This document shows positions 57,198 through 64,000 of a stretch of 64,000 nucleotides of DNA, in pieces. This DNA is from Armatimonadia bacterium (GTDB taxonomy: Bacteria; Armatimonadota; Zipacnadia; Zipacnadales; UBA11051), in contig JBDKRC010000245.1 of the NCBI GenBank assembly GCA_039683575.1, forward strand, positions 20,909 through 84,908, in the 5' to 3' direction. The stretch's first letter is position 1. Each line of letters starts with the position of its first letter. Under the pieces are notes generated by a model. That model saw nothing but the letters and a program-made list of their open reading frames with translations, was not told the DNA's origin and ran no database searches. The translations under genes and the position numbers were made by a program.

Positions 57198-57308
57198 GGC
57201 AATGTTGCCGATTTTCTACTACACAGCATCATACTGCGTATCTGTATCGTGACAATAGCGGCAAAGAAGCGGCAATTGTGGCCAAAGCGCCACATACAGG
57301 CGGCGCCC

Positions 57309-58115
57309 TCAGTCCCCCGGCAGCATCCTAACCATGAACTGATACGCCTTCTTCAGCGCCTCCGCCCGTCCCGCCTCATCCTCTCCCGGCGCCCGCTCCA
57401 GCGTATACGCCCCCCGGTACCCCTTCTCCCACAGCATCGGCAGAATCACGTCATAGTTCGTGTCGCCCTCGCCGATCAGCGGGAAATCCGCCACGCCCTT
57501 GCCGCCCCGGCTGTCCTTCAGATGGGTATGCCCGATGTACGGCACCATTTGCTCCAGCCGGTCCTCCGGCAGCTTCCCCTCATAAAACAGGAAATTCGCC
57601 GGGTCATAAGCCAGCCGCACCCGCCCGTGGTCAATGACCTCCATCGCGTGCAAACAAGCATCCGTATCCCCAGTGAAGCCGCCATGCGTCTCCAGACAAA
57701 TCGTGATTCCAAGCTCCCCCGCCCGATCCCCCGCCACCCGCACCCGCTCCACGAACAGCTTCTCCTCCGCCGCGATCTGCTCCGGCGTCTTGTCCGCATA
57801 CCCGAAGCTCCCCATGTCCATCACCGGCGCCCCCAGCTTCGCCACATTCTCCAACCGCCCCAGCACGCCCTCAAGCCCATCGTCGGCCAGGATGTTCGAC
57901 CCGCCGGCAAATGCCGCGATCAGCTTCAGGTCATGCGCCGCAAGCTGTGCGTTGAACCAGTCCCGCTGCTCCTCAGTCAGCGTAAGCAGGTCGAGATCGA
58001 GGTACCCGCGGTAGAAACCGATGGCGACATTCTTGAAGCCCGCAGCGGCGGTATTGCGCAAGAAAGCCTGAAAGTCCTGATCGCAGAAGTTGTACGCGGC
58101 AAGTATCGGTTGCAT
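57309..58115 (-). CDS. Sugar phosphate isomerase/epimerase
   Basis: CLETHGG, YDPAN, HTHLKD, YTLE; ATG after GAGG. Confidence 0.9.
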   Translation of the reverse strand: MQPILAAYNFCDQDFQAFLRNTAAAGFKNVAIGFYRGYLDLDLLTLTEEQRDWFNAQLAAHDLKLIAAFAGGSNILADDGLEGVLGRLENVAKLGAPVMDMGSFGYADKTPEQIAAEEKLFVERVRVAGDRAGELGITICLETHGGFTGDTDACLHAMEVIDHGRVRLAYDPANFLFYEGKLPEDRLEQMVPYIGHTHLKDSRGGKGVADFPLIGEGDTNYDVILPMLWEKGYRGAYTLERAPGEDEAGRAEALKKAYQFMVRMLPGD

Positions 58116-58325
58116 GAAGACCTCACATGATATCTGGCTCGCCGAAACAAACACCGAGTTCCCTCTTCCCTTAGCGAGACCTGCAACAGAAATGGGGACT
58201 GCCCCTGATTTCGCCCCACATGCCTCATCACCGCCAAACCCCCAAGCCAAATTGGGGTCTGCACCCGTCTCTGGCTCCCATACCCCGGAGAAGGGTTTCC
58301 CCCTCTCCCCGCCGAACAATCAACC

Positions 58326-58772
58326 ATGGTCGAGCTAACTGACGCGCAGGAGCCTCTGGAACTAGCGTGGACCGTCTGGCCCGCCCGCCGTCAGCCTCTG
58401 CTCTCAGTGGTCGTCGCCGCCTTCTGCCTCGCCGTCTCCTGGTGGGCCATGGCCTATATGGGCAGCCCTTATTTTGCCTTTCTAACGCTTGTGATTTTCG
58501 CTATGGCCCTGTCGGAATTCTACTTTCCGATGCGTTGCCGCCTCAGTGCCGACGGCGTCGAGCGCCGCCACCTCGGAATCACCCACATGCAGTCGTGGTC
58601 TACCTTTCGCCTGGCCGAGGTCCTGCCGGATCGCCTCGTCTTGTACCGCTACGGCAATGTGCCCCGCTGGTACGCACGCCAGCGCGCTGTGCCTCTGCGC
58701 TTCGAAGGCAATCAGACCCAGATACTCGAGTACATCCGCCGCCATGTGCCGCTCTCATCTGACAAGGATTAG
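58326..58772 (+). CDS. Hypothetical membrane protein (two TM plus PH-like soluble domain)
   Basis: Two hydrophobic helices then ..LSADGVE....WSTF pattern. Confidence 0.7.
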   Translation: MVELTDAQEPLELAWTVWPARRQPLLSVVVAAFCLAVSWWAMAYMGSPYFAFLTLVIFAMALSEFYFPMRCRLSADGVERRHLGITHMQSWSTFRLAEVLPDRLVLYRYGNVPRWYARQRAVPLRFEGNQTQILEYIRRHVPLSSDKD

Positions 58773-58774
58773 CC

Positions 58775-59083
58775 GTGGTTGATGACCTCCCGCCGCCCGA
58801 TGACGTCTATGATGAGAAACGCCAGCGCGAGGTGCTGGTCAAAGTAGCGCGCGAGCTATCAGCCCGGCGCCTGACCGCACCCGCCATCTTCATACTCGAG
58901 TCCGCCATGCCGCTGACCTACCTGGCGTCTCAAGCCCTGGTCATGCTGCAACCCTTTGTCCAGTTCATCATCGGCACAGAAGACTATCAGGTCTTCGCCG
59001 CAGCCCTGGAGAACCGCGAGAACATAGAGTGGCTAATCCAGCAACTCGAGCAAGCCGAGGAAGCTCCGCCGGCCAACCCGTAG
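58775..59083 (+). CDS. Conserved hypothetical protein
   Basis: PAIFILES..PL.YLASQ...LENRENIE pattern; 2 nt after the previous stop. Confidence 0.7.
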   Translation: MVDDLPPPDDVYDEKRQREVLVKVARELSARRLTAPAIFILESAMPLTYLASQALVMLQPFVQFIIGTEDYQVFAAALENRENIEWLIQQLEQAEEAPPANP

Positions 59084-59088
59084 CCTCT

Positions 59089-59121
59089 GCCGTTAGCCGT
59101 TAGCCGTTAGCCGTTAGCCGT
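59089..59121. repeat. Heptamer tandem repeat (GCCGTTA)x4 plus partial copy
   Basis: Directly visible. Confidence 0.9.
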
Positions 59122-59147
59122 GTGGAGCGCGGGCATCCTTGCCCGCA
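59122..59147 (+). repeat. REP-like hairpin
   Basis: GTGGAGC-GCGGGCA-TCCT-TGCCCGC; 17-nt core identical to 53153-53169. Confidence 0.6.
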
Positions 59148-59199
59148 CGCCGTTGCCGTCCAATCTGAAACCTCAAACCTGAAACCTGGGACCTGCCCC

Positions 59200-60981
59200 A
59201 TGCCCAACGTAATCCTCGCCACCGACTGCGGCTCAACCACCACCAAGGCCATCCTCATCGAGCGCCGTGGCGATGAGTACCGCCTCGTCACGCGCGGCGA
59301 GGCCCCCACAACCGTTGAGGCCCCCTTCGAAGACGTCACGGTTGGTGTCCTCAACGCCATTGCGGAGGTCGAGGAACTCTCCGGTCGCAAGCTCCTCGAG
59401 AACGGCCGCATCATCCGCCCCGCCAAAGACAACGTCGGCACCGACCTCTACCTCTCGACCAGTTCCGCCGGCGGCGGCCTCCAGATCGTGGTCGTAGGCC
59501 TTGTGAAGCGCATCACCGCCGAAAGCGCCCAGCGTGCCGCCCTCGGCGCCGGGGCCATCGTCATGGACGCCCTCGCCCTGGACGACGGCCGCCTGCCCCA
59601 CCAGCGCATCGAGCGCCTCCGCCAGCTTCGCCCGGACATGGTCCTCATCTCCGGCGGCGTGGACGGTGGCGAGCAGCGCCGCGTCGTCGAGATGGCCGAG
59701 CTCGTCGCCGCCGCCAACCCCGAAGCCCGTCTCGGCGCCAAGTACAAGCTTCCGGTCATCTACGCCGGCAACATTGACAACCGCGAGGCCATCGAGCAGG
59801 TCCTGGGGCCTGTGACGGCCCTCTCGCAGGTTGACAACCTCCGCCCGCTCCCCGAGCGCGAGAACCTCAATCCCACTCGCGGCGAGATACAGGAACTCTT
59901 CCTCCACCACGTCATGGCCCAGGCCCCCGGCTACTCGAAGCTCGTACCGTGGACCGACGCCGACATCATGCCCACTCCCGCCGCCGTCGGCCGCATCATG
60001 CAAACCATCGCCGCCGCCGAGAACATCAACGTCGTCGGGGTAGATATTGGCGGGGCCACGACCGACGTCTTCTCGGTCTTCGGCGGCCAGTTCAACCGCA
60101 CCGTCAGCGCCAACCTGGGCATGAGCTACTCGATCTCCAACGTCTTCGCCGAGGCCGGGGCCGAGAACCTCATGCGTTGGCTCACCAGGGAAGCCGACGC
60201 CGAGGCCCTGAGCCAGAGCGTCCGCAACAAGATGATTCGCCCCACTACCATCCCTCAGGGCCTCGAGAGCCTCAAAATCGAGCAAGCCGTCGCCCGCGAG
60301 GCCCTGCGCCTCGCCTTCGAGCAACACCGCCAGCTTGCTACGGGCCTGAAGGGCGTGCAGCGCGAGCGTGACATCTCGGAGGCCTTCACCGGCGGCGTCA
60401 CCGGCGAGACCCTGATCGAGATGATGAATCTCGACCTCCTGGTCGGATCCGGTGGCGTGCTCTCCCACACCCCCCGCCGCTCCCAGGCTGCCATGATGCT
60501 GATTGACGCCTTCCTGCCCGAGGGGGTCACCCGGCTGGCCGTGGACAGCATTTTCATGATGCCGCAGCTTGGCGTTCTGGCCACAGTCAACGCCGAGGCT
60601 GCCCGCCAGGTCTTCGACAAGGACTGCCTCATCCACCTCGGCACCTGCATCGCCCCGGTCGGCTCCGGCCGTGTCGGCGCAGATTGCCTCAAGCTGACGC
60701 TTCAGGCCGGCGAGCACAGCGGCTCGCTCTCCATCCCCTGTGGTGAGATGGGTCTGCTGCCCCTGCCCGACGGGGCCGCGGGGACTTTGACCATCGAAGC
60801 GGCGCGAGGGTTTGACCTTGGGCAGGGCCGGGGGCGAAGTGCTACAATTCCGGTGCAGGGCGGGGTAGTGGGGATCATCGGCGACGCCCGGGGCCGGCCT
60901 CTGATGTGGGCGAAGGAACCCGCTCAGAGGCGGGAGCAAGTCAAGCGTTGGCAGGATGCCTTGAACGCATATCCACAATAA
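59200..60981 (+). CDS. GlmL (glutamate mutase L)-like ASKHA ATPase
   Basis: TDCGSTTTKA, SSAGGGL, VDIGGATTDVFS, RTVSANLGM, GSGGVLSH. Confidence 0.85.
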   Translation: MPNVILATDCGSTTTKAILIERRGDEYRLVTRGEAPTTVEAPFEDVTVGVLNAIAEVEELSGRKLLENGRIIRPAKDNVGTDLYLSTSSAGGGLQIVVVGLVKRITAESAQRAALGAGAIVMDALALDDGRLPHQRIERLRQLRPDMVLISGGVDGGEQRRVVEMAELVAAANPEARLGAKYKLPVIYAGNIDNREAIEQVLGPVTALSQVDNLRPLPERENLNPTRGEIQELFLHHVMAQAPGYSKLVPWTDADIMPTPAAVGRIMQTIAAAENINVVGVDIGGATTDVFSVFGGQFNRTVSANLGMSYSISNVFAEAGAENLMRWLTREADAEALSQSVRNKMIRPTTIPQGLESLKIEQAVAREALRLAFEQHRQLATGLKGVQRERDISEAFTGGVTGETLIEMMNLDLLVGSGGVLSHTPRRSQAAMMLIDAFLPEGVTRLAVDSIFMMPQLGVLATVNAEAARQVFDKDCLIHLGTCIAPVGSGRVGADCLKLTLQAGEHSGSLSIPCGEMGLLPLPDGAAGTLTIEAARGFDLGQGRGRSATIPVQGGVVGIIGDARGRPLMWAKEPAQRREQVKRWQDALNAYPQ

Positions 60982-61096
60982 CAGTGAACATGATGTTATG
61001 GGCCCAAATCGCGCCATTGGGTAAGTCCATTGCACCTTTGAGGGCCTGTTTAGAGCGGCAAAAGGCTGGAAATTGTCTGGCAAAGGGGTTGATCGC

Positions 61097-61429
61097 GTGG
61101 AGACTTTTGACTTGGACGTTGCTGAAGCCAAAGCCAGGTTGCAGGTCAAGGTAGCCCGGACAGTCATGCGCCACAAGCTTATCATGATCGGGAACATCCT
61201 GCTGGTAAGCTACCTCGTGGCAGTGGTCGTGCTGCTTATCTGGTACATCGCCTACTTCGTCTTCGGCCAGGGCATGGCGACCTGGGCCGCGGGCCTGATG
61301 TACCTTTCCGTGCCGGCGTTCGTGTCCCTGAACGCCACCGCCTACGTCTGGACCAAGATCGCCGCTACGGTCCTGTTCCTTTGCCCTGGCGTCGCCTTCA
61401 AGATCTGCGGCGAGACAATGAAGCCCTAG
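61097..61429 (+). CDS. Small membrane protein
   Basis: Hydrophobic helices; GTG after AAGGGG. Confidence 0.6.
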   Translation: METFDLDVAEAKARLQVKVARTVMRHKLIMIGNILLVSYLVAVVVLLIWYIAYFVFGQGMATWAAGLMYLSVPAFVSLNATAYVWTKIAATVLFLCPGVAFKICGETMKP

Positions 61430-61443
61430 TTCGCACAATCATA

Positions 61444-61489
61444 GTAGGGCAGGCGGCTCGCCTGCCCGCGGGTGAGCCGCCCGCTCTAC
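61444..61489. repeat. Inverted REP doublet (REPIN-like)
   Basis: GTAGGGCAGGCGGCTCGCC ... GGTGAGCCGCCCGCTCTAC; arms 16/19 identical as inverted repeats. Confidence 0.75.
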
Positions 61490-61529
61490 TGTAATTACGG
61501 TCTCCTATCTTACCGCGGAAGTTGATTAC

Positions 61530-62654
61530 ATGGCACACGCCTACACTCCGGGCCTGCGGGTCACCGGGAACACCGTCTTACGCAAGCAGCGCCGCCTGCC
61601 GTTGCCCGGCAAGGTCCACGTCAAGGTGGGCGACCTCGTCTCTGCCACCGACATCATCGCCTCCACCGAACTACCCGGCAGCGTGACCACCGTCAACGTG
61701 GCGCGCGAGATGAACTGCCAGCCCAACGAAGTCCCCGGCTACATGGTCAAAGAGATCGGCGAGCGGGTGGAAAACGGCGAGATCATGGCGGAGAGCAAAT
61801 CCTTCTGGGGGCTCTTTCACTCCTTCGTCAAAGCCCCCGTGCCCGGCGTACTGGAGTCGGTGAGCAACATCACCGGGCAGGTGCTGCTACGCGGCAAACC
61901 GACGCCGGTACAGCTCGAGGCCTACCTGGACGGGCGGGTAGTCGAGGTGCTTGGAGACGAGGCTGTGACAGTTGAGGCCCGTTGCGCTTTGCTGCAAGGA
62001 ATCTTCGGCCTCGGCGGTGAAACGTATGGTGAGATCAAGCTGTTGGTCTCCAAGCCCGATGAGCCGCTGGCGGTGGACCGGGTAGACGAGTCCTGCCGGG
62101 GCAAGGTCCTGGTAGCCGGTGCCTTCGCCTCACTGGCCGCCCTGCAGCAGGCGATACGCATGGGCGCGGCGGCTGTCGTGGTCGGCGGGGTGCGGGATCA
62201 TGACGTGGACGAACTGCTCGGCTATCACCTCGGCGTGGCCGTCACTGGCAGCGAGAAGCTTGGCCTGACGCTCGTGGTGACCGAGGGCTTCGGGAGCATC
62301 CCGATGGCCCATCGCGCCTTCGAGCTCCTGCGGTCGCGGGAGGGCAGCCGCGCTTCAGTCAGTGGCGCCACCCAGATCAGAGCCGGGGTCATCCGCCCGG
62401 AGGTCATCATCTCCGTCCCTGAGGAGACCGCGGCGCAGGTGCCGTCTGAAGAACAAGCCGGGCTCCTGAACATCGGCAGCCCGATCCGTCTTATCCGCGA
62501 ACCCTACTTCGGCCTGTTGGCCACCGTGGCTGCCTTGCCCGAAGAGCCCCAGAAGATCGAAACCGAGGCCAGCGTGCGAGTGCTGGCAGCCAAACTGGAG
62601 GATGGTCAGGTCGTGACCGTACCCCGCGCCAACGTGGAGTTGATCGAGCAGTGA
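61530..62654 (+). CDS. Conserved hypothetical protein (barrel-sandwich repeats, swivel-like domain, KOW-like end)
   Basis: VKVGDLV..., KAPVPGVLE; LQGIFG.GGE; TEGFGSIPM; IRLIREPYFG...VPRANVE. Confidence 0.8.
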   Translation: MAHAYTPGLRVTGNTVLRKQRRLPLPGKVHVKVGDLVSATDIIASTELPGSVTTVNVAREMNCQPNEVPGYMVKEIGERVENGEIMAESKSFWGLFHSFVKAPVPGVLESVSNITGQVLLRGKPTPVQLEAYLDGRVVEVLGDEAVTVEARCALLQGIFGLGGETYGEIKLLVSKPDEPLAVDRVDESCRGKVLVAGAFASLAALQQAIRMGAAAVVVGGVRDHDVDELLGYHLGVAVTGSEKLGLTLVVTEGFGSIPMAHRAFELLRSREGSRASVSGATQIRAGVIRPEVIISVPEETAAQVPSEEQAGLLNIGSPIRLIREPYFGLLATVAALPEEPQKIETEASVRVLAAKLEDGQVVTVPRANVELIEQ

Positions 62655-63865
62655 GAGCCTCCCGGGCGGCCCTCGTCGGCGTGCTGCTGCTATTGGCAGC
62701 GGCACTTGCCTGCGCGCAGAGCCTCCCTGGCCCTCTCGGCGTGACTGCCAAGGACGATCCCGAGGATGCCGTCGGCACCCAGCTACTGCTCTCATGGCAA
62801 CCGCCAAAGCCTCCGGCTCCGGCAGGCCTGCAACTCGCCGGGTACCGCGTGCACCTGCAAGCGGGCACAGCCGAGCCCACTATCGTCGAGTTGCTGCCCG
62901 ATCCCACGGCAAAGGGCACCATGGCCCCGGACCTCAAGCCCTGGGTCAAGTACCGCCTCGGCGTTACCGCCTTCTACATCCCCGCTGGGGCCAAGGTGGA
63001 CGTGGATGACCTCGCCCCGACCGGCCTCGCCACCCCCGGCTCTCGCGAGAGCCAGATCGCGTGGAGTTCCCCCGTTTCTCCGAAAGGCCGTTGGTTCAAG
63101 CCCGATCAGCGCAACGTCCTCGTCACTGCACTGCTCATCTCGCTTATCGTCATCTTGACCATCTACGTCGCCAAACGCCGCGACATGTACATCCGTCCCA
63201 TCGCCGGTTTGCAGGCGGTTGACGACGCCATCGGCCGCGCCACCGAGATGGGCCGCCCCATCCTCTACATCGCGGGCCTGACCGGCATCGGCGACATCGC
63301 GACGATTGCCGCCATGCTCATTCTCGGCCACCTCGCCAAACGCACCGCTGCCTACGAGACCCCGATCCTGGTCCCCTGCCAGGACCCGCTGGTCATGGCC
63401 GTGCAGCGTGAGATCGTCCACGAGGCCTACCTCGAAGCAGGCAAGCCGGAAGTCTACAACCCTGAGAACATCTTCTTCGTGACCGACAGCCAGTTCGGTT
63501 ACGTGGCGGCCGTGGACGGCATCATGCTCCGCCAGCGCCCCGCGGCGAACTTCTTCATGGGTTACTTCTTCGCGGAGTCCCTGATCCTGGCCGAAACCGG
63601 CAGCGCCACCGGCGCCATTCAGATTGCTGGCACCGATGCCGACACGCAACTACCTTTCTTCGTAACCAGTTGCGACTACACCCTCATGGGTGAGGAGCTT
63701 TACGCAGCAGGCGCCTACCTGTCACGCGACCCGATCCTCCTGGCCCAGCTCAAGGGCCAGGACCTCGGCAAAGTGTTGATCTTCATTGTCCTGCTCGCTG
63801 GAACCATCGCGGCAACGGTAAGCTGCGCCGCCGGCGAATGGGTGATGAAGTTCCTGGCGAGTTGA
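62651..63865 (+). CDS. FN3-domain / DUF6754 membrane protein
   Basis: Signal peptide, FN3 (LSW, Y, LKP..Y), TM, IRPIAGL, RATEMGRP, QLPFF..CDY.L.GEELYAA; GTGA overlap. Confidence 0.8.
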   Translation: MRASRAALVGVLLLLAAALACAQSLPGPLGVTAKDDPEDAVGTQLLLSWQPPKPPAPAGLQLAGYRVHLQAGTAEPTIVELLPDPTAKGTMAPDLKPWVKYRLGVTAFYIPAGAKVDVDDLAPTGLATPGSRESQIAWSSPVSPKGRWFKPDQRNVLVTALLISLIVILTIYVAKRRDMYIRPIAGLQAVDDAIGRATEMGRPILYIAGLTGIGDIATIAAMLILGHLAKRTAAYETPILVPCQDPLVMAVQREIVHEAYLEAGKPEVYNPENIFFVTDSQFGYVAAVDGIMLRQRPAANFFMGYFFAESLILAETGSATGAIQIAGTDADTQLPFFVTSCDYTLMGEELYAAGAYLSRDPILLAQLKGQDLGKVLIFIVLLAGTIAATVSCAAGEWVMKFLAS

Positions 63866-63876
63866 GGGCCACCCCA

Positions 63877-63895
63877 GTAGCGCGGGCGGCTCGCC
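63877..63895 (+). repeat. Truncated REP copy
   Basis: GTAGCGCGGGCGGCTCGCC matches the 61444 arms, then stops abruptly. Confidence 0.65.
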
Positions 63896-64000
63896 AGTAG
63901 TGTCTCATAAAAACTTGGGGGAGAAAGAGGGGTGGGAGAGCTCCGGCAAGAAGTGATTGTTACCAGACAACCTTCTGTGGAGGCTCTCCCGATGGCTCAT
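63895..64000 (+). mobile_element. Probable left end of an insertion sequence (truncated by window edge)
   Basis: Abrupt switch to CAGTAGTGTCTCATAAAA; GGAGG RBS and ATG at 63992; long hairpin GGGAGAGCTCC...GGAGGCTCTCCC masks the RBS. Confidence 0.5.

Noticed and set aside
58194-58280. Two GGGG(A/T)CTG-starting degenerate repeats
   Set aside because: Too divergent to define a unit; possibly decayed relatives of the 55379 hairpin
59089-59195. CRISPR array
   Set aside because: Only 7-bp tandem units with no spacers; no cas genes in the window
60983-61010. dif-like site (minus strand TGGGCCCATAA / TCATGTTCACT)
   Set aside because: Arms are 2 bp apart rather than the required 6
59233-61197. 654-aa minus-strand ORF, and similar long antisense ORFs (976-2193, 17546-18721, 51513-52580, 54191-55294)
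   Set aside because: Shadows of well-supported genes on the opposite strand in high-GC DNA; no recognisable motifs

Overview
GC-rich chromosomal window from a diderm bacterium, probably Armatimonadota. This is inferred from two '[30 protein letters not shown]' DUF1559-type prepilin-like genes, a TolC/RND system and a Firmicutes/Chloroflexi-type LexA box. About 57 CDS and one tRNA-Pro(GGG) are supportable. Housekeeping blocks: apgM, thiL, rpmH-rnpA-yidD-yidC-jag (not next to dnaA), leuCD, der-plsY-gpsA-hup-tRNA-Pro. Accessory content: carbohydrate-active and secreted proteins, an AbrB-TolC-MFP-RND-PII-like efflux operon, and a CHASE2 cyclase/FecR pair. Main leads: (1) at 58.3-63.9 kb, a GlmL-like ASKHA ATPase with a barrel-sandwich/KOW protein, an FN3-DUF6754 membrane protein and small membrane proteins, but no B12 mutase in the window; this is a candidate uncharacterised ATP-driven membrane system. 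(2) A LexA-box-controlled two-gene DUF6504-dnaE2 cassette with a divergent candidate ~130-nt structured sRNA and a second operator. (3) plsY apparently starting at a CTG codon that overlaps the der stop. (4) A family of GTAG-type REP hairpins, one inside a CDS and one apparently interrupted by an IS end at the right edge. No CRISPR array, rRNA or prophage was seen. Family assignments come from motif recognition by eye, not database searches.
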